Assembly: GCA_019750255.1 (NCBI GenBank)
Contig: JAIEOU010000004.1
Coordinates: forward strand, 63,116-127,115
Length of the DNA: 64,000 nt
Source: Patescibacteria group bacterium
GTDB lineage: Bacteria > Patescibacteriota > Minisyncoccia > Phycocordibacterales > UBA918
Reading direction: 5' to 3'
Positions 20,599 through 30,272 of the stretch are shown one piece after another (position 1 is the first letter of the stretch; each line of letters starts with the position of its first letter). Both the position numbers and the translations under genes were made by a program. The notes under the pieces are model-generated. The model searched no databases and had not been told where the DNA came from. It saw only the letters and a program-made list of their open reading frames with translations.

Positions 20599-21000
20599 AT
20601 GCTTCGCAGTTACGGCATCGTACTCGCTCGCGTTTTACTTGGAGCATTATTCTTCCTCTCAGGGCTACAGACCCTACTCAGCGGATCTGTCGGCTTGGCT
20701 GGTGTCGCTGGCATGATTTCTAGTACCGGTATTCCGCTTGCTATGCTTGCTGCGTATATCGTGATTGCAATCAAAATACTTGGCGGTAGCGCGCTCATCC
20801 TCGGCTACCGTACCGGTATGGCAGCAGGTGCGCTCTTCCTCTTTACTGGTGCTGCTACCCTCGCCTTCCATATGGCTCCCGTTGAATCAATGGGGCTCTT
20901 TGGCTGGGACATGGGCCTCTTTAAGAACCTCTCGATCATGGGCGGCCTTCTCTATGCCATGACCTATGGGCCAGGCAACGGGTGGAAAGTTGGACAATAA
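20599..21000 (+). CDS. DoxX family membrane protein
   Basis: four-helix DoxX-like profile starting MLRSYGIVLARVLLGALFFLSG; start at internal ATG 20599. Confidence 0.7.
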   Translation: MLRSYGIVLARVLLGALFFLSGLQTLLSGSVGLAGVAGMISSTGIPLAMLAAYIVIAIKILGGSALILGYRTGMAAGALFLFTGAATLAFHMAPVESMGLFGWDMGLFKNLSIMGGLLYAMTYGPGNGWKVGQ

Positions 21001-21037
21001 CTGGATTGCTTCGCTTTCGCTCGCAAAGACGAACCCT
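21001..21037. repeat. REP-like element copy (ctggattgcttcg...cgcaaagacg)
   Basis: matches 6268-6345 and 26668-26705. Confidence 0.4.
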
Positions 21038-21044
21038 TACACTA

Positions 21045-21072
21045 AAAAACACCCCTACTAGGGTGTTTTTTA
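21045..21072. terminator. bidirectional terminator hairpin aaaaaacacccctactagggtgtttttt
   Basis: A-tract, perfect stem, T-tract; identical copy at 22160-22187. Confidence 0.6.
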
Positions 21073-21103
21073 GTCTTTAGATATTTGCCGCAAGCGTGAT
21101 GTT

Positions 21104-22138
21104 CTATTCAGTTGTTTTGCTTTTGATGTCTCCTAACTCAATAGAAATTTCTCTAAATGAACCTTTACCTAAAGCTTCTTCTACCAGTCTCGCGAGTGGT
21201 AGGTAGTTCCCAGAAAAATGCGCTTTAGCAAATTCATCAAAGACCACTTCTTTGGTTACCCTCGGCGAATTCGCCGCGACGACTACCCTCTCAATCACAG
21301 CCCCTAGAGCCTCTCGCTCATTTCGACGCTCGCGCACGACAGTGCGATCTTCCTTCAATTGATCAGCAATAGATTCTAAGACCTGTTCAAACTTTTGATC
21401 ATCCGAAACAGTATCGCTCTGTAGTGTTTTAAGCATTTCATGTGCACCTCTAAGCGCCACCACTTCATCTACACTCTTAAGATCTGAAGCGAGCTGCTCG
21501 ACTGAAACTGTTGCGTATTTCTGCATAAACGTCTTTAGCCACACCTTAACGGACTCAGTGTCACTTAATTCTTGCTTATACTCCGGGCTTTTGGCTAAAA
21601 CTTCAGTGACTAGACGGTAGGAAAGTTCCGCTATGACTGCCTCCTGGGCTTTGACAAAATACGCATCATCATTCTCACGGTCATACAAAGCAAGACCGCT
21701 ACGATAATTCTTATCTGTATCATCACTTCGGATTTGAGCGGCGTGATAGGCATTATTGTGAAAACACTCATGAGCAATACTCTGAGCAAATGCAACAAGT
21801 GATTGTGTTCGCCTCACTACCACCATATCTACTAAAGAGCTGCTTTTCGCTACACCATATCCCCCACTTCTCTCGCGTAAAAAATCGACATCCTCGTCTA
21901 CCACGAATACTCTTGCCTTATCAAATAATCTCGGCGAGCCGTATAGTTGAGCAATTCCGTTTGCATAGTCAACAGCCCTCACTATGAGCGACGCCTCTTC
22001 AGGAGTCGGCTCAACCGCCTTTCCCTTAAGTAAATCCTCCGCGGTGCGCCCCGCCTGTCTTTCTGTCCACGAAAGAAAGGTGCGTTTGTCTTCGGTTGTT
22101 CCGCCAACCACCTTTCTAAACACAGGCTCTTTTTCCAT
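21104..22138 (-). CDS. hypothetical protein with HExxH motif (possible metallopeptidase-like)
   Basis: AHECFH motif; no other family signature recognised. Confidence 0.45.
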   Translation of the reverse strand: MEKEPVFRKVVGGTTEDKRTFLSWTERQAGRTAEDLLKGKAVEPTPEEASLIVRAVDYANGIAQLYGSPRLFDKARVFVVDEDVDFLRERSGGYGVAKSSSLVDMVVVRRTQSLVAFAQSIAHECFHNNAYHAAQIRSDDTDKNYRSGLALYDRENDDAYFVKAQEAVIAELSYRLVTEVLAKSPEYKQELSDTESVKVWLKTFMQKYATVSVEQLASDLKSVDEVVALRGAHEMLKTLQSDTVSDDQKFEQVLESIADQLKEDRTVVRERRNEREALGAVIERVVVAANSPRVTKEVVFDEFAKAHFSGNYLPLARLVEEALGKGSFREISIELGDIKSKTTE

Positions 22139-22159
22139 GTAGTAAGTCTAGCACAACTA

Positions 22160-22187
22160 AAAAACACCCCTACTAGGGTGTTTTTTA
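22160..22187. terminator. bidirectional terminator hairpin, identical to 21045-21072
   Basis: exact duplicate of aaaaaacacccctactagggtgtttttt. Confidence 0.6.
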
Positions 22188-22295
22188 GTCTTTTCGCCGA
22201 TCGCTACCATTACTTTCTTCGCTTTGATGCTCGAAAGTAATGGAGCGCCTGCATAAGGAAAATATGGTCGGCACTTTGTGCCTCCCTATTTCTCC

Positions 22296-22733
22296 TTAGA
22301 TATTTGCAGCAATCGTGATGTTCTTATTCCAACACGGTGCTGATGCACTCCATGGCTGAGTGCCCTGTGTCTCATAGAGATACCGAGCGTACGCCATATT
22401 GTGATAAATATCGTTAAGATCGAGTTCGAGCTGTGCAGCCTTCACGCCGTGGTAACGACGATTGATCTGCATTATGCCCGTATCGTCGGAGTCAACCTTC
22501 CCTCGGAGTACCTCACCGTTAGGTAAGGTCTGGCGGAATGTTGACTCACAGCGCGCGATTTCGGCCATCACTGGAATGTCGCGGAAGTAGGAACGAACAA
22601 TGTCTTCCTGGGTAGTCACCTCCACAGTGGCTACCGCAACTTCTGCAACACTAGTATCAGCAATGGTACCGTACGCGGTTTCCGGCGGGGTGATGGTGGT
22701 CACGGAAGTAGCCATCAGGACCGCTAGAATCAC
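22296..22733 (-). CDS. small secreted lytic transglycosylase-like protein
   Basis: signal peptide; CES...GIMQIN...AYARYLY resembling SLT/transglycosylase catalytic core (Glu in CES). Confidence 0.5.
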   Translation of the reverse strand: MILAVLMATSVTTITPPETAYGTIADTSVAEVAVATVEVTTQEDIVRSYFRDIPVMAEIARCESTFRQTLPNGEVLRGKVDSDDTGIMQINRRYHGVKAAQLELDLNDIYHNMAYARYLYETQGTQPWSASAPCWNKNITIAANI

Positions 22734-23043
22734 TGTCGATAAAATAAGCCAACTGTCTTATCAAGTAAACATCGGGGTACGAGGAGCAATGCCGCCCGCC
22801 CACCGATGACCGCATTATCGTATCACAAACTGCGCGATAATATTATAATAGCATGATTTCTACTTTATGTCAATATTATGTGTCTCTCATGCTGCATAAG
22901 TATCTATATTTAGAGCCATGAAAATAACGGGCGCATCCCTCATTGAGATTAGACTAATGCCTAAATGTGTTGCCTAAAAAACAGTGACCTCAAGCAGCCA
23001 CTGTACGCACCAGCCGATTCCCTACCGTAAAAATGAGCATTAT

Positions 23044-23898
23044 TTATGCCTCCTCGTACTGCCGCGCCAGCACAAGCGCCCCCCAGAGACCGGCCCCGTC
23101 ACCAAGAGCGGCGGTAGTAATAAGCGGTGAGTCCACGAAGCCATTTAACGCTTCGACGGTTTGTTTCCGAATATCAACAATCTGAATGCGCGGATTGCCA
23201 AGTATCATAGACCCGCCGAGCACAATAACATCAGGTGACCAATACAAAATCGTATTACGGAGCCCCTGAGCCAGATAACCCGCCAAATCGTGCCACACTA
23301 CATCTTCTTGCGGTATTTCTTTCGGAGCGACGCCCACACGTGAAGCTAAACCCGAACCTGAAACTAAGTTCTCGAGCGTTGGTGATATGTCTTCGCCTAA
23401 AATCGTTCTGTCTATATCTAACACCTGGTGGCCGGGTTCAAACCCAACACTGGCCGCCTCGACTTTTCCCTCAACAATTTTAACTCCACCAACTCCAGTG
23501 GAAATCGTATGGTATGCCACAATCGGCATTTCTTTTCCAGCACCATATACCGCTTCGCCAAGTCCCGCTACTGCCGTATCATTTTCTAGAATAAACGGAG
23601 CTTCATAACCGGCATTTTTAAAAGCCTTAGCAATCGACTTTCCGGCCCACTCGTTCAAAACCCCATCGTTTTGAATACCACTACGGTCCTCAGCCAACAG
23701 TCCTCTGATTCCGCCGGCGATGAGGAGGATTTCTTCTGGATGAACACCAAACGCCGCTGCTTCAGCCAAGAGCGCCTTCATACCCATATCAAAACCCTTT
23801 GGTGTCCTGAACGTTGCAGTGTCGGTAATACTGTCGTGATTACGCGAAAGCGCTACCCGGGTGTTGGTTCCTCCGATATCAAACAAAAGATAGGTCAT
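23044..23898 (-). CDS. ASKHA-fold sugar kinase (glucokinase/BadF-ROK-like)
   Basis: N-terminal LLFDIGGTNTRVAL phosphate-1 motif; 4-bp overlap with pgi suggests operon. Confidence 0.6.
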   Translation of the reverse strand: MTYLLFDIGGTNTRVALSRNHDSITDTATFRTPKGFDMGMKALLAEAAAFGVHPEEILLIAGGIRGLLAEDRSGIQNDGVLNEWAGKSIAKAFKNAGYEAPFILENDTAVAGLGEAVYGAGKEMPIVAYHTISTGVGGVKIVEGKVEAASVGFEPGHQVLDIDRTILGEDISPTLENLVSGSGLASRVGVAPKEIPQEDVVWHDLAGYLAQGLRNTILYWSPDVIVLGGSMILGNPRIQIVDIRKQTVEALNGFVDSPLITTAALGDGAGLWGALVLARQYEEA

Positions 23899-25145
23899 AG
23901 GCCAAGAAGTTCACGGGTTTTAATTTTATATAACTCTACATGTGGCTGATCAAACGCCGAGACATTCATGAGGTGTGCTAGGTACATTGTCTCTCTCATA
24001 GCACTGGCCATGTAGTACCCAAGGCTATAGGGGAGATTTTCCGAAAGTACGGTGGCACGGTACGGCAGACTGCGTTCTTGATATGCCCCCACTACCCCAC
24101 CATACAGAGCCGCACCCACTTGCTCAAGAGTGAACTTAGCCAGCTGTGGAGCTAGCTTGGTTGGTCCAATTTTGTAGTCAACACTATTATCATCAATAGA
24201 GACAAACTCGGTATACACACCAGGAAAATTTGAAAGATAGAGCTGACCAACCGAGTGAAGCTCGACCGGAGTAGAGATGGTTGGTAGAAATCCGAGCTTC
24301 ACCGGCTTCCCGGCCTTGTCGGTTTCCTTCCCAAGACTTTCAGCAGCCAGCTGCCGATACCAACACCCGAGCTTATAAAGACGCGCTTCAAATGCAAAAA
24401 AATTATAGTGTCGATATCCCGCTTTAACATAGGAAAATAGGTGTACAGCGGAAGCTGCCGTTCCCTCTTCCGTCCCCGGCTCGCTGGCGGATACAAAACC
24501 CTGCGCAAATGCTTCAATATCATGACCAAGGAGCGCGAGCGGAATCAGTCCCACCTCCGTACCCACACTGTAGCGTCCGCCAATCACTGTAGGCATAGAG
24601 ATATACTCTGCACCAAGCTTCTTAGCGACTTTAGCGAGCGGGGTACCCGGATCACCAACATAGAGCACCTGCTCGTGCACCGCTGCTCCAAAACGACCTT
24701 CGAGCATGCGCAACAGTACACTAGCGTTCGCAAGAGTTTCAGTAGTGGTGCCCGACTTACTCATGACACACACCGCGAGCTGCTTCACTTTTTTAATACT
24801 GAGGAGCGTTTCCTCAAGCGCGGTAAGGGCTGATGGAGTGATCATATCGAGCACCGTGAGCACCGGCGCCGTAGCGCTATTTTTAAGCGCGCTGTGGACA
24901 GCCTCCACCCCCAAGCTAGAACCCCCAATCCCAAGCACAATCACGTGACGCACACCCGCAAATCGCTTCGTCACGGTTCGTACCGCGCGTAGCACATCAT
25001 CATGCACATACGCGAGGGAGAACTCGGGCTTCGCTGCGTCTCTCTCGCGAATCACGCGGGCCACCTCTACGCGGTACGCGGCGAGTCTTTTTTCATCTTT
25101 CAGCGTCGTCGGTCGTGCTTTCGCGTCAAATCGTGTCTGAAACAT
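23895..25145 (-). CDS. pgi: glucose-6-phosphate isomerase
   Basis: SIS-domain signature SKSGTTTET and GGRYS. Confidence 0.85.
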   Translation of the reverse strand: MFQTRFDAKARPTTLKDEKRLAAYRVEVARVIRERDAAKPEFSLAYVHDDVLRAVRTVTKRFAGVRHVIVLGIGGSSLGVEAVHSALKNSATAPVLTVLDMITPSALTALEETLLSIKKVKQLAVCVMSKSGTTTETLANASVLLRMLEGRFGAAVHEQVLYVGDPGTPLAKVAKKLGAEYISMPTVIGGRYSVGTEVGLIPLALLGHDIEAFAQGFVSASEPGTEEGTAASAVHLFSYVKAGYRHYNFFAFEARLYKLGCWYRQLAAESLGKETDKAGKPVKLGFLPTISTPVELHSVGQLYLSNFPGVYTEFVSIDDNSVDYKIGPTKLAPQLAKFTLEQVGAALYGGVVGAYQERSLPYRATVLSENLPYSLGYYMASAMRETMYLAHLMNVSAFDQPHVELYKIKTRELLGL

Positions 25146-25175
25146 AGTGGAATTAGCGATAAGCGACTCTACGCA

Positions 25176-25964
25176 CTAAAGCTGGCGTATGTTATCGCAA
25201 GAAACGTTTTTAAGAATATATTTATAGGCGTCTTCTACGCTATCGACCACTTGGAAGAGTTCCAGGTCTTCTTTACTGATGGTTTTGTACTTCTTAAGCA
25301 AATCCTTCTCAAACCAGCGAACGAGTGGTTCCCAGTACTCTTTTCCGTAGAGCAACACCGGGAGCCGCTCAATCTTCTTTGTTTGTATAAGTGTAATGAT
25401 CTCAAATAATTCATCGAGCGTACCAAAACCACCAGGGAAATAAACATACACTTCAGAGGCAAAGGTGAGCATCACCTTGCGCGAGAAAAAGAAATCAAAA
25501 TTGAGTGACTCAGTGGTGTATGGATTGAGTTTTTGTTCAAACGGTAGCTGGATATTAAGCCCAATCGACTTCCCTCCGACTTTAAATGCACCCACATTTG
25601 AGGCCTCCATGATACCTCCACCCCCTCCAGAAATTATCGCAAAACCTTTTTTCGCCAGCTTAGCAGCTAGCTCTTCAGCGGCTTTGTAATATGGGTCTTC
25701 GGGTGATAGCCGTGCACTGCCCCAAAACGTTGCAGCCAGTCCATAGTTACGCAACATCTCAAAACCCTGCACAAATTCCGACATAATGCGGAACACGCGC
25801 CATGACTGCACCGCGTCACCATCACTACCCTTAGCTTTAGGATCAAGCAGTTCCGTTACCACTCGGCAGTGCGGCGCTACCGCTACGACCTTGGGTTTCT
25901 TTTTACCCGGTTCTTTTTTACCAAAGAGAAAATCTCGTACCATATCCAGTAGTGTACCAGGCAC
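25176..25964 (-). CDS. LOG family protein (cytokinin riboside 5-prime-monophosphate phosphoribohydrolase-like)
   Basis: PGGFGTLDELFE (PGGxGTxxE) motif, GGGxG-like ISGGGGGIM. Confidence 0.8.
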   Translation of the reverse strand: MPGTLLDMVRDFLFGKKEPGKKKPKVVAVAPHCRVVTELLDPKAKGSDGDAVQSWRVFRIMSEFVQGFEMLRNYGLAATFWGSARLSPEDPYYKAAEELAAKLAKKGFAIISGGGGGIMEASNVGAFKVGGKSIGLNIQLPFEQKLNPYTTESLNFDFFFSRKVMLTFASEVYVYFPGGFGTLDELFEIITLIQTKKIERLPVLLYGKEYWEPLVRWFEKDLLKKYKTISKEDLELFQVVDSVEDAYKYILKNVSCDNIRQL

Positions 25965-26560
25965 TAGGCCGCAAACGGCACTGGTAGGTGAGCAAACTCG
26001 GGGAGAAGTGGCCGGTCGTAGAGGAGGCGATGAGCCACCTCAGCGTGGCAGAGGGCGCCAGTCAGAGCGTTGTGTGGCTCTGGCTCATCAGGGATACCAC
26101 AGTAATTTAATACCGCATCGAGATTGAGGCTACTACGGCGATGCTGCTCGTCAATTGGTGCTGCAAGCCCCCTCCGCACCATGTGCATCCAACACATAGT
26201 ATGCGTGTCGAGCGTGCGGTGCGCTAGGTCCCACGCTAAATCCGCCCGATCAGCGGCAGCGCGCAGCATATCCCGGTCGTACGATACATTTTGCCCAGTG
26301 AGCGTCCGGTCCGAAAGATGCTGTGACCATTCTAGGAATTGCTGCACGAGCTCCCCTTCTGACATTTTGTGTGGATCGGTAATTTCGGCCTCGGTAAAAC
26401 CGTTTACGCCAAGCGCCTCTTCCATGATGTGCGCCCCGTCCCACACTCGACATTCGCCGTAAAAACGGTTTTCGGGATTACTAAAATCCACCGCCCCAAT
26501 TGAAACAATTGAGTGCTTCCGGTAATCAGTCCCTGATCCTTCAATATCGATAATGAGCAT
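25964..26560 (-). CDS. DEDD-family 3-prime to 5-prime exonuclease
   Basis: Exo I motif LIIDIEGSG, later H..D motif. Confidence 0.65.
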   Translation of the reverse strand: MLIIDIEGSGTDYRKHSIVSIGAVDFSNPENRFYGECRVWDGAHIMEEALGVNGFTEAEITDPHKMSEGELVQQFLEWSQHLSDRTLTGQNVSYDRDMLRAAADRADLAWDLAHRTLDTHTMCWMHMVRRGLAAPIDEQHRRSSLNLDAVLNYCGIPDEPEPHNALTGALCHAEVAHRLLYDRPLLPEFAHLPVPFAA

Positions 26561-26667
26561 AGTGAAAGTATAAATTACAAATGAATAATAAAGAAGTTTT
26601 ACCGGTACTCATGTGCTAATTCCCGTCTTCGCGAGACATGCCAAATCAATCCGGGTTTTTTGCAACT

Positions 26668-26705
26668 AACTCTAGATTGCTTCGCTGCGGCTCGAAATGA
26701 CGAAA
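26668..26705. repeat. REP-like element copy (ctctagattgcttcg...)
   Basis: matches 6311-6345 and 21001-21037. Confidence 0.35.
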
Positions 26706-26836
26706 TGTATTGGAATTACGCTAATCAAGCATCGAGATAGGCGCTCATATCCGCGAAGCAGCAGAGATGGCGCGCGAGACGTATGTGGGTATACGGTGAG
26801 CGCGCCGTCGACCGCTGCGACAATGGAGATGAGTGT

Positions 26837-27625
26837 CTAGCTCGGTGCGTTGTCGTATTCGTGGACAACCGCCGCCCCAAAATAAACAATCGACGCCGCT
26901 GCATAAATCCAGATGAGAAGCGCGACAATCAGGCCCGCCGCGTCGTAGAGTTTTGGCACGGCCGCCGTGTCGACATAGAGTGCAATCATGCTTTTAGCCA
27001 GACCGAGCAGCACGCTCGCAACGAGCGCTCCCATCAAACTAGCCTTACGCGTATGTGGAGAAACGGTCAAGAACCGGTACATTAGATAAAACAACCAGGT
27101 CGTGGCAATAAATGCTATTGCGGCGGTAATAAGCGGTTGAATGGCGAGTGTATCTACTCCCAAAAAGAACCCATCAATACCCATAATCAAAATGAGATAG
27201 GCCTGGAGAACAAACACGAACACCACCGAACGCCAACTCTTCTCTAGCCAGCCCCTTACCCCCCTTTTGGGAATTTCCCAAATTGTATGGAAGCCGCTTG
27301 TCAGGGTATTAAAGGCAATAATAATCATGGAAAAGAAGAACACTGAACCAATGACCGGAATTTCAAAGGTGGTGTTGGTACTGCGCAAATTAGCGATAGC
27401 GTCACTTAAAGAGGACAACATATCGGGCCCGAGCACATTTCCCCATATCATCATCATCTCAACCGCAAAATCCGAGCCGTAGACATATGACAAGACAGTG
27501 ACAGAGACGAAGATGAGCGGGGTTAGGGCAAATGGCGTGTAATACGACAGAGCGGCCGCCAGGTGGTCCGCATCGTGGTTGTACCACCGTCCGGCGGCAG
27601 TCTTTAAAATACGGAAAAAATTCAT
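26837..27625 (-). CDS. YihY/BrkB family inner membrane protein
   Basis: six-TM profile with YihY-like N-terminal region (RWYNHDADHLAAALSYYT). Confidence 0.75.
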   Translation of the reverse strand: MNFFRILKTAAGRWYNHDADHLAAALSYYTPFALTPLIFVSVTVLSYVYGSDFAVEMMMIWGNVLGPDMLSSLSDAIANLRSTNTTFEIPVIGSVFFFSMIIIAFNTLTSGFHTIWEIPKRGVRGWLEKSWRSVVFVFVLQAYLILIMGIDGFFLGVDTLAIQPLITAAIAFIATTWLFYLMYRFLTVSPHTRKASLMGALVASVLLGLAKSMIALYVDTAAVPKLYDAAGLIVALLIWIYAAASIVYFGAAVVHEYDNAPS

Positions 27626-27628
27626 GAA

Positions 27629-28066
27629 TTAAGGGGTGAGGATTTTGCAATTAGCGGCCGGGCCGTAGCCAGCTGCCCGTGCGGCAGCTTCGGTCGTAAA
27701 GTATAGCTTGTTTTCAGGTTTGATTTGTTTGGCTCCCCCACAGCTTTCGTGATGATACTTCTTTCCCGACCGGGAGGCGACGTAAGGCCCGGTGCCTGGA
27801 ACGGATTCAGGGCTATTCGGCCCAGTAGTACTGGCCAGCGAACCGCCAGGTAACTCATTAGTCTCCCCCATCTCTCTGGGTGCCGTATCAGTATACGCCA
27901 TGGAAACAGCAGCCGAGCCGCCCGAACCACCTCCATTGCCCCACAAGGCCCCCACAGGCGCGTTTGAGTGTCGACCCAGCGCGAAGCTCGCAAGCGCCAC
28001 GAGCACAACTAAACAAGCCATATATAACCGGTCGTCCGCGAGGATTAACTTGAATTTTTCTCTCAT
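27629..28066 (-). CDS. hypothetical secreted protein with C-terminal Ada-like metal-binding motif
   Basis: N-terminal TM/signal; C-terminal YHHESCGG...[20 protein letters not shown] resembles the Ada Zn-binding pattern. Confidence 0.4.
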   Translation of the reverse strand: MREKFKLILADDRLYMACLVVLVALASFALGRHSNAPVGALWGNGGGSGGSAAVSMAYTDTAPREMGETNELPGGSLASTTGPNSPESVPGTGPYVASRSGKKYHHESCGGAKQIKPENKLYFTTEAAARAAGYGPAANCKILTP

Positions 28067-28130
28067 ATACCGTATAGTACCGCGGTTAGATCGACACGAA
28101 GATTATTACTTTCCACATCCATCACATACT

Positions 28131-28412
28131 ATGGCAACTAAAAAAGCAGGCGGTACCGCGAAAAACCTGCGCGATTCACAACCAAAATACCTCGGCGTCA
28201 AAAAAGCGGCTGGTTCTAAGGTGAAAACCGGTCAGATTATCGTGCGTCAGCGCGGCACCAAGATCGAGGCTGGTGCTGGTGTCCTCGTTGGAAAGGACCA
28301 CACACTCTTTGCTAAGAACGATGGCGTGGTGGCCTTCCGTGACATCCGCAAGAAGCGTTTTGACGGCAAGCTTGTAGTTAAGAAAGAGGCGTCGGTATCG
28401 GCGACTGCATAG
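28131..28412 (+). CDS. rpmA: 50S ribosomal protein L27
   Basis: MATKKAGG...IIVRQRGT...DHTLFA signature; start at ATG 28131. Confidence 0.85.
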   Translation: MATKKAGGTAKNLRDSQPKYLGVKKAAGSKVKTGQIIVRQRGTKIEAGAGVLVGKDHTLFAKNDGVVAFRDIRKKRFDGKLVVKKEASVSATA

Positions 28413-28430
28413 ATTGAAGCAATAACGCCT

Positions 28431-28469
28431 GAAAATGCCCTGCCTCATGTGTGAAGCAGGGCATTTTCT
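28431..28469 (+). terminator. Rho-independent terminator after rpmA
   Basis: gaaaatgccctgc ... gcagggcattttc. Confidence 0.6.
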
Positions 28470-28497
28470 ATGCATTTCTGAAAGGTATTTACATTAC

Positions 28498-28526
28498 TAT
28501 TTATTCGTGCTATAATATAAATAGCA
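28498..28526 (+). promoter_or_regulatory. sigma70-like promoter (TTTACA - 17 bp - TATAAT)
   Basis: seen in sequence upstream of the 28545 ORF, followed by AAAGGAG RBS. Confidence 0.45.
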
Positions 28527-28544
28527 TTATAAAGGAGAGTTAGT

Positions 28545-28814
28545 ATGTCGAAGCGCCGTTCTTCGCCACCACTCGAAGCAGGTTCACTTGTAACCATTAC
28601 GGGTGGCAAAAATTACCGCACCATCCCCCGGTCAGTAATGGCACGCCCGGGTGATACCTATCCACTTACCGTAAAGCCGACCACCCAAGTGATCGGGCTC
28701 GTGGTACAGCGCATTGATTGGCAACGCGGATATTATGAGATTGCGGCTGAGCTGCAGCCAGGAGCGCCGCTCGTTACCCTCGAAGTCAACCGGGCTGATA
28801 TTATCGAACGGTGA
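28545..28814 (+). CDS. hypothetical protein (89 aa)
   Basis: good promoter and RBS (aaaggagag), terminated by hairpin at 28881. Confidence 0.5.
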   Translation: MSKRRSSPPLEAGSLVTITGGKNYRTIPRSVMARPGDTYPLTVKPTTQVIGLVVQRIDWQRGYYEIAAELQPGAPLVTLEVNRADIIER

Positions 28815-28880
28815 GTCTGATGCAATCTTCGGCGCGGACAGGTATCCCCTGCTCCGCGCCGTTCACATTTTTTTTAATTC

Positions 28881-28918
28881 AAAAAAGCGGCGGGCCCTTT
28901 GGGGCCCGCCGCTTTTTC
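28881..28918. terminator. bidirectional Rho-independent terminator
   Basis: aaaaaagcggcgggccc tttg gggcccgccgcttttt. Confidence 0.7.
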
Positions 28919-28949
28919 ATTTACTCATGTATTCAGTCGCTCAAGTTTA

Positions 28950-29717
28950 CTAGCTACGTACAATCTCCACCTTCTCCACCACAATCGCCTCGAGCGGGAG
29001 ATTATTTCCCGGATTCACCTCTACCTGTCCAATTGCATCAACAATGTCCATACCTCCAACTACCCGACCAAATACTGGATGCTTTGATGACAAAGGTTCC
29101 TTATCGAAGTCGAGGAAAGTATTATCAACAAGGTTAATGAAGAATTGACTACCGCCACTTTGTGGACCACTGTTAGCCATCGCGATGGTGCCGCGGAGGT
29201 TCGTGAGGAACTCACCCTTTATGTGCTCGTCAGCAATTGCGTAGCCAGGCCCCCCACTACCGTAACTTATTACGTTATCAGTTTTAGTATTTGGATCACC
29301 TCCCTGCACCATAAAACCCTCAATTACACGATGAAACTTGGTACCACTATAAAATCCTTCCTCAGCCAACTTCATGAAGTTTTCGGTAGTGATAGGCATG
29401 GTATCGGCAAATAACTCAAGTTCAATCACTCCTTTGTTCGTGGTAATTTTTGCTACTGGATTCATAGGATTAGTTTTATCTGTATCATAAGCGGCGAGTT
29501 CTTCGACAGTAAGTGGTGCAGGCAAGTTCTCCTCAAGTGCAATTTGGTCAGTACTACCCTGACCAAACTGACTCAAACTCCCTCCTCCACCCAACCAGTA
29601 AGAGATACCGCCAATCAAAAGCGCGCATATACCAATCACCGCAAGCACTGTCACCGATCCTTTGGGAAGTTGATCCATAATTGTGTGAACAAATACTAAA
29701 TAAACGCTACGCCGCAA
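28950..29717 (-). CDS. cyclophilin-type peptidyl-prolyl cis-trans isomerase, membrane anchored
   Basis: HRVIEGFMVQGGDP signature; N-terminal TM. Confidence 0.85.
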   Translation of the reverse strand: MRRSVYLVFVHTIMDQLPKGSVTVLAVIGICALLIGGISYWLGGGGSLSQFGQGSTDQIALEENLPAPLTVEELAAYDTDKTNPMNPVAKITTNKGVIELELFADTMPITTENFMKLAEEGFYSGTKFHRVIEGFMVQGGDPNTKTDNVISYGSGGPGYAIADEHIKGEFLTNLRGTIAMANSGPQSGGSQFFINLVDNTFLDFDKEPLSSKHPVFGRVVGGMDIVDAIGQVEVNPGNNLPLEAIVVEKVEIVRS

Positions 29718-30147
29718 CTACCGTTACTGTAAACTCCCCCTTCACGTCCCCCTGCTTCACGGCGATTGTGTGCTCACCCAATTCCTTCACCGGCACATCG
29801 ATAACCATCGCTCCAGCTGCAATCGGGGCGCCGGCAGCCACCGTCGCCGCTGCAATCATTTCTTTACTCACCTGCTTAAACAAGTGCCCCTTTTCGTTGG
29901 CTTCAGCCGTGACTGTGACCGTAGTCTGTTCGAGCGTCTTTAGGCTTTCACTCAGCGATGCCGCCTGCAGCTTCTTTTCATTTTCAACGTAATCACGCTG
30001 CGCTTTGTAGCGTCCCATCATGTCTTTAGTAGCCGGAACTGCGAGCTTTGATGGTATTAAACGATTGCGCGCAAAACCGTCCGGTACTTCAACCACGGTG
30101 TGCCTTCTTCCAATCTTTGCAACATCTTGTAGGAGAATTACTTTCAT
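29707..30147 (-). CDS. rplI: 50S ribosomal protein L9
   Basis: MKVILLQDVAKIGRRHTVVEVPDGFARNRLIP. Confidence 0.85.
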   Translation of the reverse strand: MKVILLQDVAKIGRRHTVVEVPDGFARNRLIPSKLAVPATKDMMGRYKAQRDYVENEKKLQAASLSESLKTLEQTTVTVTAEANEKGHLFKQVSKEMIAAATVAAGAPIAAGAMVIDVPVKELGEHTIAVKQGDVKGEFTVTVVAA

Positions 30148-30272
30148 ACTTTAAAACCACACTAACGACTAATGCGGGCACTAGTATACCCCGCTTAAAG
30201 CACTTTAATCAAAGTGTACCGGCAAAACATAACGCACATACACCAAACCTCAGAGCTTCTAACGGGGCGAGC

